From: Gammaproteobacteria bacterium
GTDB lineage: Bacteria > Pseudomonadota > Gammaproteobacteria > Eutrophobiales > Eutrophobiaceae
Direction of reading: 5' to 3'
Assembly (NCBI GenBank): GCA_965238225.1
Contig: OZ250183.1
Span: 1,216,001-1,280,000, forward strand
Length of the DNA stretch: 64,000 bases
This document shows, one piece after another, positions 52,832 through 62,922 of the stretch (positions within the stretch are counted from its first letter, which is position 1; every line of letters begins with the position of its first letter). The position numbers were made by a program, and so were the translations under genes. The notes beneath the pieces are model-generated. The model did not search any database. It saw nothing but the letters and a program-made list of their open reading frames with translations, and was not told the DNA's origin.

Positions 52832-54124
52832 CTATTCTGCCACTGCCGAAACTAATTCATCTGCTTCTGAGCTGTCATAAATTGCCAACGGTTTAGATTC
52901 ACCGTTAACCGCCGCTGCATCAATCACAATCTTTGCAATACCCTCTGTTGAAGGTAAGTCATACATAGTATCGAGCAGAATATTCTCCATGATTGAGCGA
53001 AGACCACGCGCACCTATTTTTCTTACCACGGCTTTTCTGGCAATCTCACGTAAAGCATCATCACGAAACTCAATGTCACAACCTTCCATTGCAAATATTC
53101 TCGCATATTGCTTGGTAATTGCATATTTTGGTTCCACCAATATTTGGACTAGCTGATCTTCATTTAACTCGTCTAAAGTTACCATCACAGGCAAACGACC
53201 CACGAACTCTGGAATTAATCCGTATTGAACCAAATCTTCTGGCTCAACACTTTGTAATAATTCACTAACGCTTTTTTTATCATCTTTACTCTTAACCTCT
53301 GCAGAAAAACCAATGCCGCCCTTTTCGGAACGTTCACGAATGATTTTATCTAGCCCGGCAAATGCGCCGCCGCAGATGAACAAAATACTAGTTGTATCTA
53401 CCTGTAGAAACTCCTGTTGCGGATGCTTGCGTCCACCTTGAGGAGGGATAGAAGCGATCGTGCCTTCAATGAGCTTCAGCAATGCTTGTTGAACACCCTC
53501 CCCAGAGACATCACGGGTAATCGATGGATTATCAGATTTGCGTGAAATCTTATCTATTTCATCAATATATACAATGCCGCTTTGAGTTTTTTCAACATCA
53601 TAATCACATTTTTGTAGTAATTTCTGGATGATATTCTCAACATCTTCACCAACATAGCCCGCTTCTGTTAGCGTGGTAGCATCGGCAATGGTAAAAGGGA
53701 CGTTAAGTAAACGAGCGAGTGTTTCAGCCAGTAAGGTTTTACCGCTCCCTGTTGGTCCGATTAATAAGACATTGCTTTTTGCAAGCTCGATATCGGATTT
53801 ATCTATAGCTTCTTGTTCTAGCCTCTTATAGTGGTTATAAACTGCAACCGAAAGGATTTTCTTGGCTTGTTCTTGACCAATCACATGCTCATCAAGAATA
53901 GCGTTGATGTCATGAGGTGTTGGCATTGGACTGCTTCCGCCAACGGCTGTTTTCCCCTGAATCTCTTCGCGAATAATGTCATTGCAAAGCTCGACACATT
54001 CATCGCAGATAAAGACAGACGGCCCAGCAATAAGTTTACGCACCTCATGCTGACTTTTACCGCAAAACGAGCAGTACAAAAGACGTTCACTGCCGTTATT
54101 ACTATCCTGACTTTTGTCACTCAT
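52832..54124 (-). CDS. clpX: ATP-dependent Clp protease ATP-binding subunit
   Basis: CSFCGK zinc finger, [11 protein letters not shown] loop. Confidence 0.98.
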   Translation of the reverse strand: MSDKSQDSNNGSERLLYCSFCGKSQHEVRKLIAGPSVFICDECVELCNDIIREEIQGKTAVGGSSPMPTPHDINAILDEHVIGQEQAKKILSVAVYNHYKRLEQEAIDKSDIELAKSNVLLIGPTGSGKTLLAETLARLLNVPFTIADATTLTEAGYVGEDVENIIQKLLQKCDYDVEKTQSGIVYIDEIDKISRKSDNPSITRDVSGEGVQQALLKLIEGTIASIPPQGGRKHPQQEFLQVDTTSILFICGGAFAGLDKIIRERSEKGGIGFSAEVKSKDDKKSVSELLQSVEPEDLVQYGLIPEFVGRLPVMVTLDELNEDQLVQILVEPKYAITKQYARIFAMEGCDIEFRDDALREIARKAVVRKIGARGLRSIMENILLDTMYDLPSTEGIAKIVIDAAAVNGESKPLAIYDSSEADELVSAVAE

Positions 54125-54226
54125 AAAAACACTCAATTTCAGTCAATATTAATATCTTACTAATGTGAAATTTTAAAATCATTAGAGTTCCAAACAAGAT
54201 ATGCAAAAATGTTCTTGCATAAAAAA

Positions 54227-54859
54227 TTATACAGCCCCCTCTCCAGAAAGCACTTCTCTTTCAGATAATACCTCATCAATCAAACCATAATCTCTAGCTT
54301 CTTCAGCACTTTTAAAATTATCTCGCTCGGTATCTTCACAGATGATTTCCAATGACTGGCCTGTATGCTTTGCAAGAATCATATTAAGCTGCTCTCTTGC
54401 CTTGAGAATTTCGCGCGCATGGATGTCAAAATCTGATGCTTGACCCTGAAAACCACCTAGCGGTTGGTGAATCATCACCCGTGAGTGTGGCAAACAATAG
54501 CGCTTGCCGTGTGCGCCGCCTGTCAATAATAATGAACCCATACTGGCAGCCTGCCCTACACACATGGTACTAACATCAGGCTTAATGAACTGCATGGTAT
54601 CATATACAGCCAAACCAGCAGGTACAGAACCTCCGGGGGAATTGATATAAAGGTGAATATCCTTATCAGGATTCTCTGATTCTAGAAACAAAAACTGAGC
54701 GATAATTAAATTCGCGACATTATCTTCAACAGACCCTACCAAAAAGATGACTCTTTCTTTCAGGAGTCTGGAATAAATATCATAAGAACGCTCGCCTCTT
54801 GGAGTCTGCTCAACCACCATAGGGACAAGATTAAGCGACTCTATATTCTTGTTTTTCAT
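54227..54859 (-). CDS. clpP: ATP-dependent Clp protease proteolytic subunit
   Basis: [23 protein letters not shown]. Confidence 0.98.
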   Translation of the reverse strand: MKNKNIESLNLVPMVVEQTPRGERSYDIYSRLLKERVIFLVGSVEDNVANLIIAQFLFLESENPDKDIHLYINSPGGSVPAGLAVYDTMQFIKPDVSTMCVGQAASMGSLLLTGGAHGKRYCLPHSRVMIHQPLGGFQGQASDFDIHAREILKAREQLNMILAKHTGQSLEIICEDTERDNFKSAEEARDYGLIDEVLSEREVLSGEGAV

Positions 54860-54896
54860 GAGAATTATATCTTCTTTATCTTGTATTTTGCAAGGC

Positions 54897-56216
54897 TTAA
54901 GCTTGCGCAGTCTGCCCTTTATTAATTAATGCGTCAAACGCCAATTTTGTTTCATTCACCTGGGCTTTGCCCATAATCCAGTCAATCACCTCCCCCTCAA
55001 GTGCCAAGGCTTCAACCTCAGCCAACCTAGCTTTATCTGAGTAATACCAATTAATCATCTCAGGAGTATCTTCATAAGCTGCCGCTGCTTTTTCAATCAT
55101 ACTGCGCACCTTTGCGGGGTTTACCTTGATTCCATTGGTTTTAACAATATCTGCAACTAATAATTGTAAGGTCGCTTTTTTTTCAGCTTGCTCATGAAAC
55201 ATAGCAGCGTCAGGCATCGGCACATCCTCCTCACTCAAACCCTGCTGTTGTAGTGTTGATTTGTATTGTGCCTGCAATCGTTTTATTTCATTAGCGAGCA
55301 AAGATGGCGGCAAATCTATCTTGTTTGTCTCGTAAAGCTTTTGCAGAACAGACTCTTTAACTTTATTTAAAGTCACCTGCTCAGACTCGCGCTCCATGTT
55401 TTTACGTATTTCTGCTTTAAATCCCTCCAAACCGCCTTCTGTTACACCTAAAGTGGCGAATAATTCTTTATCTAATTGAGGTAAGACAAGCTCATTAACA
55501 ATTTTCACATCGACTTCAAAATCAGTATTTTTGCCCGCAAGTTCCTTGCTGGCATATTCTTTCGAAAATTGAAGCTTTAGGATTTTTTTATCTCCAGCCT
55601 TCGCACCAATCAATCCATCCTCAAACCCTTCGATAAATTTTTTTGCGCCCAATTCAAGATGAAAATCTTTTGCCGTACCGCCTGTAAATGCCTCTCCATC
55701 AATACGACCGATAAAATCGATAACGACAGAGTCGCCCTCAAGAGCTTCTCGCTCTACAGCTATGGGCTTTCGATGCTGCTTACGCACGGTTTCAACCATT
55801 TTATCAACATCATCGTCTGATACCTTGCATACAGGTTTTTCTATGCTTAATTTTTCTATAGGGGCAAGGGTAATCTCTGGTAAAACCTCTATTTTTACAG
55901 TAAAAATAAGCCCTTCTGTCTGTTCAACATCAAAATCTTCTAGCTTAGGTCTCGTAGCGGGCTGCAATTTTTCCCGCGTAATAGCTTCGTACAAACTGTT
56001 TTGCATGGTCTCGCTAATCACTTCCTGACGAATCTTCGCACCATATTGTTTTTGCATAAGCTGCAAGGGTGCCTTGCCTCGGCGAAAGCCCTTGATGCGA
56101 GCTGTCTTGCGCATCGATTGCAATCTATTTTGCATCTCGGTGGCAATTTTTTCCTCTGGCACTTCTATTTTTAATCGTTTTTCCAGAGATCCGATGGATT
56201 CAACTGATACTTGCAT
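54897..56216 (-). CDS. tig: Trigger factor
   Basis: GFRRGKAP ribosome-binding loop, FKBP domain; upstream of clpP. Confidence 0.95.
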   Translation of the reverse strand: MQVSVESIGSLEKRLKIEVPEEKIATEMQNRLQSMRKTARIKGFRRGKAPLQLMQKQYGAKIRQEVISETMQNSLYEAITREKLQPATRPKLEDFDVEQTEGLIFTVKIEVLPEITLAPIEKLSIEKPVCKVSDDDVDKMVETVRKQHRKPIAVEREALEGDSVVIDFIGRIDGEAFTGGTAKDFHLELGAKKFIEGFEDGLIGAKAGDKKILKLQFSKEYASKELAGKNTDFEVDVKIVNELVLPQLDKELFATLGVTEGGLEGFKAEIRKNMERESEQVTLNKVKESVLQKLYETNKIDLPPSLLANEIKRLQAQYKSTLQQQGLSEEDVPMPDAAMFHEQAEKKATLQLLVADIVKTNGIKVNPAKVRSMIEKAAAAYEDTPEMINWYYSDKARLAEVEALALEGEVIDWIMGKAQVNETKLAFDALINKGQTAQA

Positions 56217-56303
56217 CTATAATTCCTAAACTCCTTAAGCTTTTAAATGTACTTGAGACCACAGTTAAATCTGTTTGGTGTTTCAAAGATAGCATGAAAT
56301 AAA

Positions 56304-56388
<85 letters not shown>

Positions 56389-56684
56389 ATAGGGCTTTCT
56401 TCCCAAAACCAATGAAACGATGAAGCGCAGTTATTATAAGGCTTGAATTATACTTTGTAACCTCCGTATAACATATTGTTTTATATAGTATTTCAATAAG
56501 AAATTGGATTGGATAAAAAAATAGCCACTTTAATTATGAATATTAGAGGTAAAATGCGCCTAAAGCCCAAACAAAGTCTTGTCTAAAAATAAAATAATAA
56601 ACCGACATGCAGCTTCATGTAAAATCACTAAAACTGAGGGCTGCTAAAGCGGATGATATAGATTATAAGCTAGGAGGAAGGTTT

Positions 56685-56984
56685 TTAGAGGCATTCTTCG
56701 CCAAATGATCGACACATCCTGCGACATTTTTGCTGCCCAGTCTTGGGGTTAATAATACAATCCCGGCTCCATTCGCCGCAGATTGTCACACATTTCTTTC
56801 CTTCGCCTTGAGTCTCACCTGGGCTGGAAATCACCATTTCACCTGAATCAGGAAGAATCAAATCCCCAGATTGAGGCTCGAAAATTGATGCTTCTTCATT
56901 TTCAGCAAACGCCTGTGTAGCGTACAGCGTAATAAGACAAAAGAGCAGAGGTGTAAATAAGATTTTCAAAATTAATCTATACAT
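56685..56984 (-). CDS. Small secreted cysteine-rich hypothetical protein
   Basis: Start placed at MYRL; signal peptide ending AFA; six Cys in two CxxxC-x6-C units at the C-terminus. Confidence 0.6.
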   Translation of the reverse strand: MYRLILKILFTPLLFCLITLYATQAFAENEEASIFEPQSGDLILPDSGEMVISSPGETQGEGKKCVTICGEWSRDCIINPKTGQQKCRRMCRSFGEECL

Positions 56985-57297
56985 GTGTGTCGTAGATTCT
57001 GGATATGTTTCTGTTATGGAAGTTAGACAAATATTTCTCTGATTGTTCCGCAATTGACACCTTTAAATATGAAATATTTTTTCGAAAGACACCAAAAGTT
57101 GATTAAGCGATTTCCGGATAATATAGCAGAATTCACGGATAAACAAAATTTACTGGCCAGTTGACTCTAGATTTCAGAATTCTACCTTTTATCGCACATG
57201 CACAGCCATGTGCGCCCTGTGACAGAACATTTATTATGAGATGGCAACAGATAAACTTGCCGAAGAGATTAGGCTTTTTGCAAATGGTAATGAAAAG

Positions 57298-57768
57298 TTA
57301 AAACAGGTTTTTGATAAATTTCGAAAGAACAAAACCATGAATTGTGAGAAAGACCCACGGAATGTATACCTCAATGTGGGTAAATGGTAGATACAGTTTC
57401 TTGTTAGTGCCACGCTGTACTTTATCCCACTCTAAATCATAAGGTGCCGATGGTAACTCCGCCTCCATTTCATGAATTACCGCAAACTTTGCTGTATTCA
57501 GGTCTTTGTATGATTTTATTAGCCTAGACCACATTAAACATAACGCAATACCAGCTAACGCTATCAACCAATTAAAGCTAGCGCTGGTTTGTGCGCCAAA
57601 ATTGATATAACTCACTAATGCGATTAGCGCGGTGTTTACTGAAAGAAAAAATGAATTAGCAGTTTGTCTTCTTGCGCTTACTCTGTCCGCCATTTCAACA
57701 AATAGCTTATATTGCTCAAGTAGGTGAGCGTTGTACTCTAAACCGTATTCACTTTGACTTTTTGACAT
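57298..57768 (-). CDS. Small multi-TM protein resembling RipA-family oligomeric membrane proteins; candidate defence effector
   Basis: HLLEQYKLFVEMADRVSARRQTANSFFLSVN, TM helices, SYKDLNTAKF...EW; begins 9 nt after the TIR gene stop. Confidence 0.7.
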   Translation of the reverse strand: MSKSQSEYGLEYNAHLLEQYKLFVEMADRVSARRQTANSFFLSVNTALIALVSYINFGAQTSASFNWLIALAGIALCLMWSRLIKSYKDLNTAKFAVIHEMEAELPSAPYDLEWDKVQRGTNKKLYLPFTHIEVYIPWVFLTIHGFVLSKFIKNLF

Positions 57769-57777
57769 ATGCGTTAA

Positions 57778-58158
57778 CTACAGGCTATTAATAAAGTCTG
57801 TAATTGCCGACCACGTCCAATTTACGACTTTTGTGCCTGCAAGTTGCGGGGGTATTTGACCTTTATCATCATTATGGATATGAACACCAATCATAGGTAT
57901 TTCTTCATCATTAGCGCACTGCATCTCCCATTTAGCACCATCTGAGATTCTAGTGTTTTTACTTATTAATGCAATTACACCGTCACAGCCTCTAATTCTG
58001 GTGCGGCAGTTTGTTTTCCATTTTGTATCCCACGCTTGTTTCGCAGATAAGTCAATGTACTTAAATGGCGAATCGGCTTTTAAGGATTGGCCTTTTAATA
58101 AATCACGAGAGTTAACATCTTCAATAGCAAAACTGATAAATATCCCTTTTGTAACCAT
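57778..58158 (-). CDS. ThsB-like (DUF1863-type) TIR domain protein
   Basis: IFISF beta1, CRTRIRGCDGVIALIS, WE with the putative catalytic Glu, IPMIGV. Confidence 0.85.
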   Translation of the reverse strand: MVTKGIFISFAIEDVNSRDLLKGQSLKADSPFKYIDLSAKQAWDTKWKTNCRTRIRGCDGVIALISKNTRISDGAKWEMQCANDEEIPMIGVHIHNDDKGQIPPQLAGTKVVNWTWSAITDFINSL

Positions 58159-58293
58159 TTTAACTTCCTCTATTATTGTGGTTATCCTTGTTCATACTTA
58201 TGGGTATTTCTGGAGAATTCAATGCCTGCGGTTAAATTTTATAGGTATAACTATTAAGCAGACAACCCTTAACATACAATCTTAGAGATAATT

Positions 58294-58369
<76 letters not shown>

Positions 58370-58387
58370 TGTTTTGATGGGTAAAAA

Positions 58388-58464
58388 TGGGGTGACTGAT
58401 GGGGCTCGAACCCACGACCACCGGGATCACAACCCGGGGCTCTACCAACTGAGCTACAGTCACC
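58388..58464 (-). tRNA. tRNA-His (GUG)
   Basis: G-1:C73 pair, anticodon loop UUGUGAU. Confidence 0.95.
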
Positions 58465-58478
58465 ATAAAATCTTGATT

Positions 58479-59039
58479 TGGTGCGCCTGGCAGGACTCGA
58501 ACCTGCTACCCTCGGCTTAGCTTACCAACTACGCCTTTCGACGCCCTGATTATAACAAGTTTGTGGTCTGGACTATCTCTTCACCATTACAGGTGTCACA
58601 CGTATAGTCTCTACGGAATCCATCTAAAATCAGACGCCAAATTTACATTTTTTGACTGATTACCTGTAGGTATTTTTACCCTCAAAATGATTAAACCAAT
58701 AACAGCAAATGGCGTATGCCAAGTCAATGGGTTCAAAACAATGAGCCCTTAGTCGATTTAATCATCGATTTAATCAAGTTAAGCCTTTAAAATACCCATG
58801 CCGCCCTTCTCGCTTAGCATGCTACATATAGAATATAGTATGCTCATGCCAATATGAGGCAGCCACCGGTTTCCTCGGGATTGCCATCAGCACAGACTGC
58901 ACAGCCTGTCTGTTAAGGGTTCCCCGATATAGTGCGATCCACTTTATAGGTTTTGTTTTCCTATAAAGGCTCCTATTTCAAACACAAACAAGTGTTTGAT
59001 GTTAAAGGCCGATGCTCTATCCAAATGAGCTACAGACGC
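58479..59039 (-). tRNA. tRNA-Arg (UCU), intron-containing (exon 1 59039-59005, exon 2 58520-58479)
   Basis: Joined exons give a 77-nt cloverleaf GCGUCUG...UCGGC-CUU|CUAA-GCCGA...CAGGCGC-ACCA with A20. Position fits a Pro-Arg-His-Lys cluster. Confidence 0.93.
58521..59004 (-). ncRNA. Group I self-splicing intron (probably IC3), 484 nt, inserted after U34
   Basis: Exon ends in U and intron ends in G. IGS UAGGAG; P2, P3 (UCGCAC/GUGUGA), P4 (UCGGG/CCCGA), R CGUAGAGACUA, S AAGAGAUAGUCC, P8, and P9 with a GAAA loop. Confidence 0.93.
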
Positions 59040-59058
59040 AAATATCACACCAAATTAT

Positions 59059-59135
59059 TGGTCGGGGCAGAGAGATTCGAACTCCCGACCCTCTGCTCCC
59101 AAAGCAGATGCGCTACCAAGCTGCGCTATGCCCCG
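59059..59135 (-). tRNA. tRNA-Pro (UGG)
   Basis: C1:G72, anticodon loop UUUGGGA, CCA end. Confidence 0.95.
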
Positions 59136-59172
59136 ACATATCTCTTACTGCCTGCACTGAAGCAGGATGGCG

Positions 59173-59201
59173 ATGATACGCACCAGTATAGTTTGCGTCA
59201 A
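59173..59201 (-). promoter_or_regulatory. Sigma70 promoter of the Pro-Arg-His-Lys tRNA operon
   Basis: TTGACG-N17-TATCAT followed by GC-rich CGCC. Confidence 0.65.
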
Positions 59202-59233
59202 TTGGCCAAGGCCGCTTAAAAGACACAAATACA

Positions 59234-60619
59234 TCAAGATCGTTGCCAAAGCGTTCCTTCCGCAGCATCTTCTAGAGAGATATTTTCGCTTGCCAGTAAA
59301 TCTCGAATTCGATCAGATTCTGCAAAATCTTTATTTTTTCGTGCTTCGTTGCGCTGCGCTATCAGAGATTCTATTTTGTCATCACTAAGACTGGATAAAA
59401 GAGCGCCAGCGCCACGCTTTAGAAACACCTCTGGAGATTCCCTCAACAGACCCAAAATACCCGCAAGCATTTTTAATGTGGAGGCGAGTTTTTCTGCGCG
59501 GGTCAGATTATTGTCTTTGTTTTTATTCGTTTCATGAGCAAGTTCGTGTAATAAAGCAATTGCTTTTGGCGTATTAAAGTCATCCTCCATGATTTCATTA
59601 AATCGTGATATATAAAGCGCCTCAACATCATCATTAAGGCTTAGCCCACGTAAAGAAGTATACAAACCTTTCAATGCAGCTTTCGCTTCATTCAGGTTAG
59701 TTAATGAGTAATTTAATGGGCTACGGTAATGACTTGCCAGAATAAAAAAACGCACTTCTTCGGCTTTGTATTTTTTCAAAACTTCACGAATAGTAAAAAA
59801 ATTGTTTAATGATTTGGACATCTTATCTTCATCAATCTGGACAAACCCATTATGCATCCATAAATTCACGAAGGTTTTTCCTGTCGCGCCTTCTGACTGG
59901 GCAATTTCATTTTCATGGTGAGGAAACTGTAAATCTTGTCCGCCACCATGAATATCGAAATGTTCACCGAGGCAATATGTAGACATTGCAGAACACTCTA
60001 TATGCCAGCCTGGTCTTCCTTTCCCCCACGGGGATTGAAAGCTAGGCTCATTTGGTTTGCTCATCTTCCAAAGCACGAAATCGAGCGGGTCATCTTTTGC
60101 TTCCTGTACATGAACTCGCTCTCCGGCTCTTAATTCATCAATCACCTTGCCCGATAATTTTCCATAGCTTGGGAATGCACTGATATCAAAAAACACATCA
60201 CCGTGGGGAGACACGTAGGCATATTTATTTTCAATCAATTGATGAATCATACTGATAATTTGCGCGATATGTTCTGTGGCTTTTGGTTCTGCGTTAGGAG
60301 GTATCACCGAAAGAGCAACGGCATCTTCATTCATCGCAACAATAAAACGCTCAGTCAGCTCAGATGTACCTTCATTATTTTCCCCAGCGCGTTTTATAAT
60401 TTTGTCGTCAATATCGGTAATATTTCGTACATAATTGACATCTAAACCCAATGACCTCATATAACGCACGACCATATCAAACACTACCATAACGCGCGCA
60501 TGTCCAATATGACAGAAATCATAAACCGTCATGCCGCAAACGTACATGCGCACCTTGCCTGGCTCAATTGGTTTAAATTTCTGTTTTTTGCCTGTCAGGC
60601 TGTTAAAAATTTTCAACAT
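59234..60619 (-). CDS. cysS: Cysteine-tRNA ligase
   Basis: [27 protein letters not shown]. Confidence 0.98.
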   Translation of the reverse strand: MLKIFNSLTGKKQKFKPIEPGKVRMYVCGMTVYDFCHIGHARVMVVFDMVVRYMRSLGLDVNYVRNITDIDDKIIKRAGENNEGTSELTERFIVAMNEDAVALSVIPPNAEPKATEHIAQIISMIHQLIENKYAYVSPHGDVFFDISAFPSYGKLSGKVIDELRAGERVHVQEAKDDPLDFVLWKMSKPNEPSFQSPWGKGRPGWHIECSAMSTYCLGEHFDIHGGGQDLQFPHHENEIAQSEGATGKTFVNLWMHNGFVQIDEDKMSKSLNNFFTIREVLKKYKAEEVRFFILASHYRSPLNYSLTNLNEAKAALKGLYTSLRGLSLNDDVEALYISRFNEIMEDDFNTPKAIALLHELAHETNKNKDNNLTRAEKLASTLKMLAGILGLLRESPEVFLKRGAGALLSSLSDDKIESLIAQRNEARKNKDFAESDRIRDLLASENISLEDAAEGTLWQRS

Positions 60620-60899
60620 ATATTAATTGTAAATGATCACAGTTCAAGGGTCGCTCATCGCTACCCTGTAACAGGGTACATCTATAAAGAGGCGCGCATA
60701 TTAACGAATCGCTTTCTAACTAACAATCTTATCAACCATATTGCAAAAGTTTGCATTTGTCATTTCCAACCTGCTATGAGAATTTCGCTTTAATTTATAG
60801 CTGCACGATAAATGTCTTTAGCATACACTGCTTATTATTTTATCAAATTTGGTATGCAAATTTATTGAAAATAATTAAAGATATTTTAAGAGGTAGTTA

Positions 60900-61284
60900 A
60901 TGTAAGGTTAAACTAAATACCAGTTTCGGATCAATTATCCTATCGCTTGATATCGAGTCATTTATGATTTTATGATTCAAGCAGGCGGAATGGGCGCTGA
61001 GATGAATGAAAAACTCACCTAGTGAGTGTATCAAGAATGAAGCCAATAATGGCTTGGAGAATTTAACCAGTGCTCAATTTTTTATCAACACCAATGATAA
61101 TACATTTCTAAATTTCAGTGCCAAAACAGATGAAGGTTGGGGTTATTGTGTTTTTGGCAAAGTTATCGAAGGTGAAGACACTGTCGATAAGATTGAAAAC
61201 GCATCGACAGCTGGCAAAACCAGATATCAGGATGTGCCGAAAAAGTTTATTGTTATTGAAAATGCCGAAATTATAGAAGATTAA
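60900..61284 (+). pseudogene. ppiB: Cyclophilin-type PPIase pseudogene
   Basis: Fragments VKLNTSFGSIILSLD / RVIYDFMIQAGG / IKNEANNGLEN / SAQFFIN...GWGYCVFGKV lie in shifted frames with two internal deletions; cysS-ppiB-lpxH synteny. Confidence 0.88.
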
Positions 61285-61305
61285 AAAGTAAATATACGCT
61301 GCACC

Positions 61306-62043
61306 ATGGTAACGCTATTCATTTCAGATCTACATCTTTGTGCCGAGAGACCACAAAAAATAGCGCTTTTTAAGAAATTGCTACGCAGCGCAGCCAAAGA
61401 TGCTACATCACTTTACATCCTTGGAGATTTGTTTGAGACTTGGATCGGCAATGATGACAGAACACCGCCTTACGGAGAGATAATTACTGAACTTATATCT
61501 TATACGTCGACTGGCAATAAACTATTTATCATGCGCGGTAACCGCGACTACCTGATGAATCAGAAATTTGCAGAGAAGATTGGTGGGAAATTTCTGGATG
61601 ATGAGACGCTCATCACTTTAAACGACAAAAATATACTTTTAATGCATGGCGACACACTATGCGATGATGTAAAGTACCGGATTTTCCGCAGAATCATAAA
61701 TAATATTATTTCAAGAAATATTTTTATGTTGATTCCTTATGCGCTACGTATAAAAATCTGGCACAAAATAAGGAACGCTACTAAAAAATCAGTAGAGAAA
61801 AAACCTGAACATTTAACAGATGTCCATCAAGCCACCGTTGAAGCAAAGATGAAAAGTCATAATGTGCTTTGTTTAATACATGGACATACCCATCGACAGG
61901 CAATTCACGAATTCAAACTCGATGGACAAGATGCAAAAAGAATTGTGCTTGGAGACTGGTATAAACGCGATAGTATCCTTGTTGCAAATATAGAAGGTTT
62001 TAAACTGTTTAACGTTGATGACTATATCAATCAAAACCTATGA
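61306..62043 (+). CDS. lpxH: UDP-2,3-diacylglucosamine diphosphatase
   Basis: FISDLH, ILGDLFE, GNRD, HGD, HGHTH, VLGDW. Confidence 0.94.
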   Translation: MVTLFISDLHLCAERPQKIALFKKLLRSAAKDATSLYILGDLFETWIGNDDRTPPYGEIITELISYTSTGNKLFIMRGNRDYLMNQKFAEKIGGKFLDDETLITLNDKNILLMHGDTLCDDVKYRIFRRIINNIISRNIFMLIPYALRIKIWHKIRNATKKSVEKKPEHLTDVHQATVEAKMKSHNVLCLIHGHTHRQAIHEFKLDGQDAKRIVLGDWYKRDSILVANIEGFKLFNVDDYINQNL

Positions 62044-62907
62044 CAGCACACCTGCTATCGTCATCACCCCAAGAACCGTTAACCAGACAATTAAGGTTCT
62101 ATTGAGCAATCCTTGAATTGCCCTTACCCAGTAGGATCTATCCAAACTATCCTCTTTTGTGTCTCTTTTTGGACGATAATGAAGCGCGCCGAGACCAGAA
62201 GAAATCAAGGCAGATTCATTTGCGGAAAAAGAACTATCTTCGTTCGCTTTCCATGCCTCCATCGCCTCAAGCATATTGCCAGCCAAGGCATTGCCCATGG
62301 CAAACAAGCGCGCCGAAGGCCAATTTAAAATATGATTCAAATATGCAACAGAATCTGCATGGGCACCATGCACGTCCTGATATTTGTGTTTCAAGATATT
62401 TGCTAAACGGTAAAGCATGGCGCCAAAAGACCCCAGCATAATAAACCAGAAAATCACTGCATAAATACGCTCATTGGCCTCAACAAAAATGCTACCAATA
62501 ATCTCTTGTTCATTTTTACTAGGATGAGGTGCAGATAATGAACGACAAAGCTCGCCTGCATAATGTCTTGCTTTTTCATCATCTTCAGTATCCAACGCTT
62601 CAGCATATGCATGCAAAGATTTATTAAGAAAAATTGGCCCAACTGAGTTTAGTAATACAATCAAAGCAAATAAATAACTTAGCGGGAAAAATATTGTGTT
62701 TAGGCCATAATCAATAAAAAACACTAATAACAATGGCCCCGCCAAAGTTATGCAAACGCCAATAGCACTATTCCAGTATCTGGATTGGAGAAATTTATTT
62801 TCCAGCCAATCGTTATATCGACTAAACCATGTGAATTGACGAATATTATCCAGTACGCACAAAAAATATTCTAAAGCCAGTCCACATAAAATAATTATCA
62901 AGGTCAT
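62038..62907 (-). CDS. ampE: Regulatory membrane protein AmpE (CobD/CbiB-like)
   Basis: Multi-TM, YAVIFWFIMLG, ILNWPSARL; directly downstream of ampD. Confidence 0.8.
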   Translation of the reverse strand: MTLIIILCGLALEYFLCVLDNIRQFTWFSRYNDWLENKFLQSRYWNSAIGVCITLAGPLLLVFFIDYGLNTIFFPLSYLFALIVLLNSVGPIFLNKSLHAYAEALDTEDDEKARHYAGELCRSLSAPHPSKNEQEIIGSIFVEANERIYAVIFWFIMLGSFGAMLYRLANILKHKYQDVHGAHADSVAYLNHILNWPSARLFAMGNALAGNMLEAMEAWKANEDSSFSANESALISSGLGALHYRPKRDTKEDSLDRSYWVRAIQGLLNRTLIVWLTVLGVMTIAGVLS

Positions 62908-62922
62908 ATTTTATTGCTCACG

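Noticed and set aside
57200-57297. Possible methyltransferase C-terminal remnant (YYEMATDKLAEEIRLF) at the islet edge
   Set aside because: Too short to support without a search.
58479-59039. Alternative readings: tRNA-Ser(GCU) splice register, or a prophage att scar
   Set aside because: A Ser register needs an intron ending in A and a long variable arm. No tRNA part is duplicated, and the P1/P10 pairings fix the UCU register.
58953-59388. ORFs of 88 and 73 aa over the tRNA cluster, as a possible intron-encoded protein
   Set aside because: They are antisense to tRNA-Arg, tRNA-Pro and cysS, and lack endonuclease motifs.
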